Made by a program: the position numbers and the translations under genes. A DNA stretch of 64,000 nucleotides, from contig CM120646.1 in NCBI GenBank assembly GCA_051362555.1, positions 6,448,001 to 6,512,000 of the forward strand. The letters run 5' to 3'. The stretch's first letter is position 1. Each line of letters opens with the position of its first letter. The DNA is from Lingula anatina. Taxonomy: Eukaryota > Animalia > Brachiopoda. This document shows positions 34,537 to 47,026 of the stretch, one piece after another. The notes below the pieces were generated by a model that was given only the letters and a program-made list of their open reading frames with translations, was not told the origin of the DNA and made no database searches.

Positions 34537-36160
34537 AATCGAGCAACACGAAAAAAGGTGTTAATATTTTTTACTTCTTCATTTGTGTATTTTCCCTTTG
34601 CCTATGCCTCTGCTTAGTTTATGACAAGACGACCTAAATATAATTTGCCATTTAATGAGCTTGTCATTTTGCAGGTTTAATTACACCCACGTATACAATG
34701 AAACGCTTACTATCCACCTTGCAAAATGCATGCCCTGCGATTGCCATGGTAACGTTTTCATCATCAATCGTCACCAGGAGCCACGCGCGTTCACAATCAT
34801 GGTTCTAGCAAGCATTTTAGTCAGGTATAAAACCTATCAATAAGGGCCAAAAGTACAGCCGACAAGAGTTTTGCGATCTAATCTGGAGAGATAAGGCCCT
34901 CTCATCTTAGATGCCTCTCCCATCACAGTCTGCCCTCTTCGCAGTCGACAAAGATTTCCTTTTTCTGTAAGAAGAGGTAACAAACAAATGCCAAGAGAAT
35001 AATGCATTGTTTCTGTCTCCAGCTAAAAGATCTAACTTTCTGATATGCAAATTATCTTTCGATTTGCGTGAATGTAATTATACATGCACTGGGCTGTATT
35101 TCACTGTCATCTTGCCAGGGTACCGGATATTTACGATGGTGCACGAAGTATTCCGAGTCCGGTCCGAGTTCGTTGCGAGGTGGTTGCGGAAATGCACGAT
35201 CACCAATGGGCCGAGGTAAGCATTTTGTCGCGCGTGTAGGTTGATTTGACAGACGTTAGGCGTTCGCGACACGAGAAGGTGTAATCTTTATACATCGGGG
35301 TTTGATTCCTAAATTACATGTTGGTATCCGAAAACAATTTAACGTGCAACATTAAAAAATAACACAACTTATTTGATGATATCTAACTAGATGAAAGGAA
35401 CTTGGGCGAAATGACACACGACGGAGGTTTGCAAGTATTTTAAGCATAAACAGTTAAAGGGATAATATATTTCACAATAAAAACATTGTGAATAACTCAT
35501 ATAAATATAATATATTCTGTTTTACCACAAAAACGGCAGTTATAGCATTATTCTGATATCTGAGCTTGTCTTTAGACCATGTGACCTCCATTGATGGCTA
35601 TACTCTCTTAAAATCTCTTAAGAGATTTTAACAAAAAAACAAACTTTTTCGAAAAAAAAAAACAGGGACTAACTTTGAATGTAAAAATGAATTCATTAAC
35701 CATTGGTAAGTATGGGAAAATTGTTGTTTACTCCAGGAAAATTCATTTTTTGGCCGAAACGAAGAGTTATAATCCCTTTAAGCATTAGCGTTTGCTTCTC
35801 GTTAAATTGATGATGAATTGATAATAAAACACGAGAGAAGAGAATGTGATTATAACACTTCATATGTAAACTAAAACAAGATAGCAGATTGCGACTACAT
35901 GACTGCATAGACTGCATTTTTTTCTTTAGTTATTATTTACTGTTACATTTAAGATCGATTTTAAACATCTTAAACAAGGAAAATAAATTGACAGAGGCTA
36001 CATCGAGAAACTACTGAGATGTTACTATTTGCATTTTTAAGAACAAAACGTGAGCGTACATGTATGTGTATGTTTGTCCTTATGTCTGAGCATAGTGGTT
36101 TAATTTTTTTCATCTGACGCACAGCGCACTTCTGTGTGTTTGTATGTATGTAAGTGCACA

Positions 36161-36199
36161 TGTGTGTGTGCGTGCGTGTGTGTGTGTGTGTGTGTGTGT
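36161..36199. repeat. (GT)n microsatellite
   Basis: Seen directly. Confidence 0.93.
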
Positions 36200-39100
36200 A
36201 TGTATTTACGAATTCCACGAAATAAAAAATTGCAAATATAAATTTGAAAAAAAAAAAGAATTAATTTAATGTCTCCTTTAAGTATCAAGAAGGGGTTAAG
36301 ATAAAAAATTTAGAATTACATGTAATTTTTTATAAGAACGTTCACAGGTAGTAAATATTAGGATTTTTTTTATCTTAACTGTAGTAAGGCAGAATTTAGG
36401 AAGGACCTGGCTCATGACTCCCCTCTCCAAAAACCAGTATAACGGGCACAACGAGACAAAATAAAACCATATTTTCATCCTTATGCAATGCATGTATGTC
36501 ATAAGCTCCTTTTTCATATTATCCGATTCAAAATGTTCGAATTTTTGTTTTGCCCCCTCCACCCCTTCCCTATGGGCAATCTTAGATCCGCCAGCGACGT
36601 AGACATGTAAATTACGAGAAAGACTCATAGTATGTCATTACTAATGCAAACAATAAAACACTGCGGTAAAAATTGTCGGCTTTAAGGTCTACAGAGACGC
36701 TAACGGCCTTCTTTTTTTTTCAAATTTGATTTTGTGGTCTCGACTGAAATAGACAAATTATCCAGTCGTCAATATACGAACATTATATAAATGCATCGTA
36801 TAAAGAATGAATTTAGGATTTTTTTCTTATATACGTATATCGAAAGGAATAGTGTATATCTTTGCAATTTTAGTCTTAAAACTTGGCGATAATGCCCCTT
36901 GCACTTTACAGTTACATGTATCATAGTCTGTTTCTCATTTCAAATAATAATGAGATAATGACCAAAAAAGGAGATAATTTTGCAATAATCTCAACAGAAA
37001 AGACGAAACCTCAATTTCTGCTCGTCTTTCTCTTGAACAAGTGGAAAAAGCTGCTACTTTGCCAGGACATCCAGACTCCATTTTGCACTTAATTCATCCG
37101 CTGTAGAATACCATACGTCTTCGGTGGGACGTGATTGATTTAACAAGACACTGAAAAGGACATTAGTGGGACGACGCATGCAACCCGTTAGCGTCCCTCG
37201 TCAAGTTGAAAGGGGCAAAAGCGAAGGATTTGCATATAAGTGATGTCCGCTCATAAAAGTTGCTGAAATTTAATTTGATTTTTCCTGGTTAGTGGTTTAG
37301 TTGAGCGAATGAGGATTCCCATAACTGTTAGTAATTCTCATGACTAAGAAGTGAAAAAGAATGAAAGAATTCATCTCTGTTTCAAGCAATTTGTGAGCGT
37401 CCACAGCACGCACTTCACAAAGGTGTTTGTTTTATAATGCCTTAAAATACGAAGGTGAAATGAGAATGAAATCGCTGTAAGACCGTTTTGAGGTCTTATT
37501 CATTAAAAAAATAAACCACGTACGGGCGTAACTAATATAGCGTAGGAGTCGATTAAGTTTGAAACATGTGAACCACTGTTTATCTATTTTACATATCATA
37601 CTGTCTTTACCAGTATATTTTACAGTTTAAAAAGCTGTTAATTCACAAAAATTTCCCATAAACATCGTTTAACCCATTACAAACGACGTCGACGCCAAGT
37701 GTATTGATCACAAAGGACAAAGATTGAATAAGAATCGAGTTTTTTTGCGGCGAGGAATGCACACAAATCTTGCAACCTACGTAACCAAAGCTGAGCGAAA
37801 ACGCACACCGCCCGCTATTACATATGATAGGTTGAGGCCCATGGCGTGCGCGTTCTCTTCTATCCACGACTGAACGACAGATTTCTGCCTAACCGTTACT
37901 GGGGCCATTCATCATATCATGGACGCTTCTCTTGACCACCCTTCTCATACGCAGCGCCGTTAAAACACCTAAACAAACCATATACATTACCGGGACAAAT
38001 TGTAATGGCGGGGTAAAAGAGCAATTTAGGTTAATTTGTTTTTATGTGTGTTTTATGTCTTTTTTGACATCTTAGTTTAAGACCGTGGAAGCATTACGGC
38101 GGATAATGTCGAGTTGTAATCTAAGATGAAGGCATAATTTTCAAGTTCAGTTGACAGACTGGATTGGAAGTTTAATTGACTGCCAATTCCTTTAGTATGC
38201 AGTTGCCGGTTTAATTCTTTACGTTCAATGTTCATTTTAAGCCTATTTTAGAGGCAATTCAACTACCGTAAGTCATGAATGAAATTTATATTATAATCAG
38301 ATGCAATCGTAATGTGATCTTACATACATAGTATGGCAAATGCATACCTAAAGTTTCGATTCGTGAATTTGAAAAACTATCAATTTACCAATTTGTTTAT
38401 TCATACAATCAGTTTATTCTAATTTAGGAATAAAGGTTTACTTGTGTAAAGGGCATAACAAACACAAAATGATAGCACAACACAGAAATGTTTGCTCGTC
38501 TTCATCATGAGAATCTCGATTTATTGAAGTTGGATTTACGTTCATTCCCTTCTCGAGGTTTTTGTCTTTAAAAATCGTACATGAAAAACACATATAATAT
38601 AAGTTCAAAATCCTCCAACGCACCGAATGCACGCTCTGCAATTTATAACACTTATTTCGCCCAAAACGAAGCACTTAAAAACGCCGTTGGAATATCTATG
38701 CATAAATAACGGGCTGCCAGAGCGTATGCGTATCGATCGTGTGGTACAAGAGATTGCCCATGGAGAGCAATTTATCAGTGCTCATCCCGCGGTACAAAAC
38801 TATCAATATATGGCGGTTACGTGCGACAGGTTTTGTACCGGGTTTGTTCTGTTATGTAACCGACCTGGGAGTAAAAACATGAAAGCGCAAAATGTGCGCC
38901 ATTAAGTCTGCTGCTGATGCAGCATCGATCGGTTCAGGTGATAAAAACAACGTCAAAAGTGCTGCGTCATAGTGCAAAGGTGCCATGCGAAAAAAATGAA
39001 AAAAAAAAGTTTGTTGAATTTATCATATCGCCTGTTGCTTTTTTTCTCAATCGGCATATTGCTTCATAGGGCTATTTGTCACGTTTGTGCAAACGTATTT

Positions 39101-39886
39101 CAAAAAGTCATTTAGTGCGACTTAGCACAAAAATCCATGCTTTGTTTTTTCTTTTTTTTTTTTTGAAATCAACTAAAATGACACTTATAGGACATGTCCA
39201 ACTTTGTCATTCCTGTTTGCTGACACCCTTCCCCTAAACTTTTCCGTTGTTATAGTAATTCGAAAGAGGTATCTTTACTCAACACAATATACTTTGGATT
39301 CATTAACAGCGAGTACACTTAAGACCTCACAAAATAAACAGTCGCTAAAAAGACTTAAAAGTAGACTTTGCTTGGTCAGCCTAAAACATTACTTTTCCTG
39401 AACTAACTTCGGATTTTAATACATAATATCACTGGATGAGGCCTAGATAATCTCTCGTACAGCACAGTTAACATGAAGGTAAAGCACAGGCCCTACCCTA
39501 ACCAAGTGCATGCTCAAATTCACCGCACGCGCTGATGTTGAGACCTGGATGCACTTGTTTATGCGACATTTTTCGTTCGCACTGTGTTCATTTAAGCACG
39601 CACGCGCGCATCAGCACGTATCTTTCTCGTGTGCCCTGCGCATATGAAAATGCACACAAATGTGCGAATATGCATTGGCATCTGACAAAAATGATTTTTG
39701 CTATTTCCTTGCTATAAGATTTCAATCGAATTTGCTTATATTGAAAGCAGTGGCAGATTCGACTCGAAAGACAGAAAAGGCAAATCAGAACTCTGCGGCC
39801 TCAGTCGGTTCTTCCAAAATAATTCATAATGTATTTAATCGTGGCACTGCATTATTCTAAATGGATGGACTTCAGTGAAGATATTA

Positions 39887-39936
<50 letters not shown>
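39887..39936. repeat. (AAAT)n microsatellite
   Basis: Perfect tetranucleotide run. Confidence 0.95.
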
Positions 39937-39939
<3 letters not shown>

Positions 39940-41442
39940 GAATTAAAAAAAAAAACAAATAGAATGCACAAATAAATAAATAAAATAAATTTTCCCGAAG
40001 ATTTACACTGTATATATCTTTAACATGTTGGAGAATATGTATTTTCCAAGTCAATTTGTTCATCAAAAAACAACAGTTTATACGTTTTCTTAATGTCAAG
40101 GTTGGTCTTCTTTTTTCCTTGTGCCTTATGCTTCACTAATTTACACCGACCATGTTGGAAGACAGAGGAGATGAACGCTCGTGATGAACGCAACCTACAT
40201 GAATAAAACATCAACAGCCAAAGGCGGCACCATTAAAATGCGCATCTCATTTGAAGTTGGACACGAAGCGTTTGCTCTAACAGGCTTTTTATTGCGGAAT
40301 GGACAAACGGAATGGACAAATCATATAAATATATAAATAATTAAATAAATAAATAAAAGTATATGCTAGAAGTAAATAACATAATAAAAAAAACATCGAA
40401 TCTTAGAGACAGCTCGAGCAACAACTTGTGAGTAAGAGAAAATTGCCTTTTTTCAAATGTGTATTTACTTTGGCGGGTAAATCCCGCAGAGAATACCTTT
40501 AAAATACACATGTACCTTTAAACTACTTATGTAAATACATGAACTTAAAGTATTTACGCACTGTAACAGGGAAGTCATCGACACAAACAAAAACAATAAT
40601 CAAAACTGTAAACAGCCAATGTGCAGCTGAAAGCTAATAGTTTATTTGCATAAAATTTAAGTGATGTGTAGCCCAGCTCTAAACAGTTACGAGGTACACT
40701 TTAATTTTTTTTCGTTTCCAGACGTAGCATTACTTAAAATAACACGCACCACATGTAAATCGTACTCAAAATGTTATGTTTGATATGAAGCGTATGCACA
40801 AAAATAATTTTGAAAGCCGTATGACAAGGAGCGCTGTGCAGCTCTACCTGTATTACATAACAATTTGAAGCAAGGTAAAAGGTACATTGTCAGGTGTGGC
40901 GTGCGCCAGGACAAGATATGTCTAGATTTACATACGGCTAACAATGTCGCCTCTTCTGTCCGGTATAAGGGACAACGCGCACTGGGTGACCGTTGATACC
41001 AAACACAGACATGGTACAACAAAACACCAAGTTTTCTAAAAGTGGTCGTTGCTCTCTCTCTCTCTCTTTCTCTCTCTTTCTCCCCCTCTGAATCTTTCTT
41101 TCTTCGATAATTACAGAATTACCAAAGCAGATTGATATAGAATAGCACATCCCTCTCTGCGGGTGCCCTATCCAATACGGACTTTCTCGACATGGTTCTT
41201 CACATTACTCTCTCTCCAGCAGCTGTCTCTTTCAGTAACTCCATCTCACCCAAATCCACACATTTGCTCAGGTTTTCGGTATAAGTTAGCCTTGGTCTTC
41301 CTCTGCTGCGTTTTCCTTCTGTTTTTCCTGTAAGCAATGCTTCCCAGCTCAAGTTTGCGTAGTATATGTCCCAAAAAGTTCAATTGTATGTGTAGGATGT
41401 TCAAAATATCGCATACGTTTTGAAATTGATAACCATACCAGT

Positions 41443-41443
<1 letters not shown>

Positions 41444-41479
<36 letters not shown>
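41444..41479. repeat. poly-A tract (others at about 2014-2033, 20061-20085 and 26081-26109)
   Basis: Homopolymers seen directly. Confidence 0.9.
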
Positions 41480-41480
<1 letters not shown>

Positions 41481-42291
41481 GGAGATGAAAATAGAGAAAC
41501 GGCTTATTGTAGATTCAATAAATAGAAAGAAACATTTTGTGATGTTCGGCTTCAGTTTTTTAGCTCTTGGTGAAAGGCAAACATTACCGATGGAGTGAAC
41601 GAGCAAGCAATAAAGGAGTACATTGTCCTTACACAGAAATGAACGTAGGCTATCACAAACATTCTATAAATCACTTTGATGGTAATATATAATTATCTCA
41701 TCGTATACATTTAGTACCAAAAATTATATGGTTCCAAACACACGTTCTTTCTACTGATATCAGAACCCTTAAGTATATGAAAAATGGCTGGCAAATATCA
41801 TTATTTTTCACATTGAAATATTTGACTTGTAAATTGTGGACGTAGGAGAGTCCCTTCAACATTCCTTGCGGTCTATTCCTAATGAAACTTTAGTTCTAGT
41901 TAGATCGATCCAACTCCATGGGGATATTGTGAATGCGATCAGATTTAAAGGTTACCGCGCCTCCTCCTGGGGTCTAGTAGAATATACAAAAAAACTGGCG
42001 ATTATACGAGAACGCTAGAAACAAGAGGAGATTCATTGGTAATGAGATCTTAGCCATATACCTTGTACTCCCACTCTTCAAATTAACTTAAATATTTTAC
42101 AATTTGTCCTCGTCGGACTAAGATGACTTATCCACCTATCAAAACTTTATAAGCACGGTCTTCAATGGGGGATATCTTGACCTCGGCGATTTAAGTCAGT
42201 TATGGTGATGATCAAACGACAGAGGCGAAGATTGACGAGAAATGAGGTACAGCGGCAAGTGTGACCGCCACATTAAAATATAATTCAATAT

Positions 42292-42294
<3 letters not shown>

Positions 42295-42359
<65 letters not shown>
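42295..42359. repeat. Compound (CT)n-(GT)n microsatellite
   Basis: Seen directly. Confidence 0.95.
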
Positions 42360-42360
<1 letters not shown>

Positions 42361-45300
42361 TGTTTGCTCGTGGTAGTGTGAGAATTTTGAATTTTGTTCT
42401 GTCGGGGGACAGGGATTTTCACAATACACTCCTAACGATTCAAAATATAAGCTTTACATGTGAGGGAGTATATACGGTGATATCTGTTGCTTCTTGCAGT
42501 CTGATAGACATGCAAGGTTCAAAGATATGTGTTTGCTTTGATTTCACTAATTTACGATATAAAGCTCTTCCTTATTTATTTTGTTATCTTGTTGTACAAA
42601 TCTAATGATCACATTTTCGCTATATTGAGGAAAATTGTGGGTGTTCGTAAAGAATCTGTTCTTCGAAATGCTATTCAAAAAGGAATGAGTGTAGGGAGAA
42701 TTGATTGGGATTTGTTTCAAAAGTGAAGAATGTCCGACATTTAGGAAGTTTGAGAACTCGCTTTAATTGAGTTCGCATTGGGTTTTTCATACTCTTTGGA
42801 GCAAAGTGAGGAGGGGGCTTGGTCCATATATTATTTTTTTGCTAAATAAAAAGAGGCCTGTCCCCCCAGCATCTAATGTGTGCTAATATCCATTTTAAAC
42901 TCCCATTGAATAATTTTTTTTCAAAAATTATTTACATAGATGTTCCAGTAACATCTTTTTATAAAATCTGGGACAAATAAAGGTCGGTATATCCATTACA
43001 TAAACACATTATGGAAATACATACAAAAATAAGAAGTGGGCGTTTGTCATATACCAATGCCACGCGCCGCACATAATTCATCTGTTGATAATTATCAGTA
43101 CGCCTCAGCAAGTTCGCCCAATTGTAAAGACACTTAATGTATACGTTTAAAGATTATGGTGCTCTTCAAGGTTGCAGTTATACTGTGAATAAGAAAAATA
43201 TATAACACTGGCGATACATGTACATGGCGGACAATCAGAAGTTGTTCTCGCAGAGGTTGATTATGATATTATGATATTTAAGGTAAAGATTCTTGTTTGG
43301 CGTATTAGATTAAAGAAGTAAATGTGCCTTATATTTTAACAGCTCTTAAAATTCGTATAACACCGACAGGAAAAAGAACGTATTGAAATGACTAAAATAA
43401 TGATAATGCCATTTAGATGTAATACTTTATACATGATACACTATTAAATAACTTTGATAACTTTTTTTTTATAAAGCACAGTTTATCAAACACTGCAAGC
43501 GAACAGCAAGTGCAGCAAAGTGCCTCATTCTTCTCTAAATTTGTATATATTTCATGACTTATTTTTATATATCTATTAATTTATCTACTTTACTATCATT
43601 TTATGAATGAAGTGGTGGATCTTTTGACGACATTTATGGTCCTGGCCTGCTTTTTTTTTTTATAAAACATGTACATAACGCAAGATTGGCATCAAGATTT
43701 CTGAGAAATGGGGCACTTTAGAAGTAGTGGGACGTGAAAGGGAAATAAAAATGGCTTACATGGCCTGTATATCCTGTACTTCACAGTAAAGGCGAGGCCG
43801 ACATTAAGACAAATGTGCAGACAAAAATAACATTGTAAAGTTGTCATCACTGCATCATTTTTGACAGATTTGCCTGTAAGGTGAACCGAAGGAATTGCTT
43901 ACACATTCTGAATTCCGTTTTTTAAAAATAAAATCACAAGCTTTCTCTTGTATTTCTTTCTGGACGCAAATGTTGTCATGCATTTATCAATTGCTTTACA
44001 GGACTTACAACTTTTAACTTTACTTCAAACTTGCATCTGGAAACATTCTGAATGACATGCACAAACAATTTACTCCCGTAAATTCATATGTATTTATACA
44101 CGGGTATACCCGTGTTGTATTCGTGCCATATTTGTAAAGTACAGGAAAAGCAATGCATAAGCTTGAACTAAAGCATTACAATGGAAAGATGCTTTGGATG
44201 CTTAGATATATAAAAATCATGATAATGGGAAAATTCTATCTGAATATTTAAGGGTAAACATACGAGTTGTTTTTGACAATGCGCCAATATGCTTTCGTTC
44301 TTCCTATGGCAAATACATAACAGTCCAATTAAAAAAGACATTAGAAATTATAGATCGTTCAGTATGACAAAAATAAGTTGTATAAAATGTAATGCATGTG
44401 GTGTTGTTTTTGTTTCTATTGGTACAGTATGTTATTCCACATGTAAATCAGCATAGATAACTGATACATACTTGTATTCTTTCATCAATAGACGACACCT
44501 TACAAACCCCATGTAAATCATGGGAAATGAAACGATTGGAAGGTGAAAAAAGTGAAAAAATGGCATTGTGACAATTTCTTTTTAGTTAAAATAGACATAG
44601 ATCTTTGTCAAAATTTTGCACATACTTCAGACATGAAATATGAGTTGAGTTAGGTTTCTTTGGAACTGCTCTAATTCATATTTTACAGTAAATAAAAGAG
44701 TAATAAATGAATGGACCATGTTAATGAATTACTGGCGGCGTAGAATGAAGAAATAAAAAAGCGAAAACAATAAATCACATCTCCATTGTACATTCGTCTT
44801 CACCAGCATTTCTGATGCAACGTTATTACACATCTATCAAAAATAATATTCCTTTGAGTGATCAATAAAATAAACAAAACTGGCAGAAGTGAATCAACAA
44901 AATGCCTTTGCAGTCGCAACCCACAAATCACCTCGCACGTGAGGCGACCGTCCCCGTAAACAAGCCGGTGTCGAAAGAGGCGTGACAACTCTCATTTGGG
45001 AGCGTGACATGCCTTAACAATGGGCCGTTTATGCGCATCGCTCGCGGATCTTACCGCAGGCCCACTAACCACCGGCCTCTCGACGCTGGCGAGATGGACC
45101 GCTCGATAAGAGGGAGGAATTAAACGAGAGAGAGAGGAGGTTGGATGGAAATTATATATCTCGCCTTGAGTTTTAAGGCTGTCGTGTTTGGAGAAGTGGT
45201 TGTCTTATTTGTCGTGCTGTTTTTTCAAAAGCTGCATATCTTTTATTTGCTGTGACATAATTGACTTTAGTTAAGGCAACCCACAATGTTTGGGAGTACT

Positions 45301-46260
45301 TTTATTCAAAACTTACACTAAAATTAGTATTCCAGATATTAATTTTGTGTCGTGATGGCGTGTATCTCACTGTCCCGACTCTTTAGATATTGGAGCAGTT
45401 TTCTGTGATTTTTTTCAGAACATTTTGGCCATCCTGAGTTTGCTGTTGTAGTGTAACATACATATATTGTTCATTCATATCCCTTAGACCATTGTGGTGA
45501 TTATAAATTGATGTAGTGCGGAGAGAGGCATCTTGGTTTCTTCATAAATTTGCTTTACGTCGTAATTGACACACCGTGTAAAAAAGACGACATTTTTATC
45601 TTTTATCTTCTTCCAGTGCATATATATGATTATCACTGCTGTTTGAAGAGAAATTGTACTCAGTGGAACAAAGCTTCAGAATAGTTTATAGCTCTCAAAT
45701 ACCCGTGAAATGGGTAACATTTTTTCTTGAGTACATCTTACTAAAAGATATCAACAATTGTATTGTTCACACCGCGTGTGACAATTCTGATTTTTCACAG
45801 ATGCTGATTAATAATATCAACTAATTTTATCTATTTGTTATCAATTCTAACTACAGTCCAAATAAGAAATACACTCTAAGACTTCTGTTAACCATTGCAA
45901 AGTGAAGTATATCACACGCATATGTATGAATGGTCCTTCACGAGCGCAGCCGTCTGTAAAGAGACATCCGCAATTTACCGGTTGCTAATAAGGTGTCATA
46001 TCGCACACCAAAAGGACACAAAAAATCAACGAAATCACAAAGGGCACACTTCAGAATATAACAATTATTCTTATCGGTCTAACTAGAGGAGCTCGTTGAG
46101 AGCAAATCATTATTGCCACTTTCACTATTATAGTTATGGTTTCTTTAACACCATATAGCCATAACCAAGATCATAATCATCAGAAAATGGACCCAGTAGG
46201 CATCATTCCTTAGCCATTAAGTAAAATAAATGCTAAACGTACAATTTGCTCGCAGGAGCT

Positions 46261-46467
46261 GTGACCTTCGACCGCCTCGCGCGCTCGCCGTTTGATTGGC
46301 TGAACTCTGCCCACGTGACGGCCATATCACACCATTTATGGCGACGGTGGGATATCGGGAGGCAGAAAAACCATTTGCTCCCCTGTTTGAATCATAATTC
46401 ATCACCGGACGACCATTACGCGCACTAAAAACAATTTTAACGCGCCTACAAATCACAAGCGCGACAA
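46261..46467 (+). promoter_or_regulatory. Hox5 proximal promoter / 5' leader
   Basis: CpG-rich. TGATTGG 46293-46299, CACGTGAC 46312-46319, CArG-like CCATTTATGG 46332-46341, CATAATTCATCA 46393-46404, CTACAAATCA 46446-46455. Confidence 0.75.
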
Positions 46468-47026
46468 ATGAGCTCGTATTTTGTTAGTGCGATAGCAGGA
46501 TCCTACAACCATGCCGGCCAGGGGGATGGGCCGGTTGGCCCGGGGGGTGAGCAGGACGGAGGAGGAGGAGGAGGGGTGGTGGGCAATCCCGCCGTCGATT
46601 TCAGTGCTCAGCTCGGCCACTACGGCTCCCAAGGATACTTACCGCCGGGAAACACGACGGCCTTCGGCTACGGCTCCACTTCCATGACGAGCATGCCGAG
46701 TACGGACTATTACAACCCGCAGAAGTACACAACCCATTCCATGAGCCCGATGGTGCTTCCTCACCAGTCAAGCGGCAGCAGTATGCCGCCTAACGGGTCC
46801 CAAGACATGTCCCGGGGGAGTCTCTCCTCCCCCTCACCCAGCGGGTATTCCCCGCCCACGGGCTACCAGAGGGCGTACAGCGAGCCCTCGGCTCAGCACC
46901 CTAGCGGGCAGGGGCAGGGGATGTCTGGCAGTCACAGCCCGCCGTCTCAGCAAGGTCTTCCAACGCAGCAAAACTACTCGCAGCCCCAGATCTACCCATG
47001 GATGCGGAAGATGCATTTTGGACACG
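46468..47026 (+). CDS. Hox5: Hox5/Sex combs reduced exon 1
   Basis: Starts MSSYFV, G/S/P/Q-rich, ends PQIYPWMRKMHFGH, which is the PG5-type hexapeptide context. Donor CACG|GTAAGC at 47026/47027, phase 1. Confidence 0.96.
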
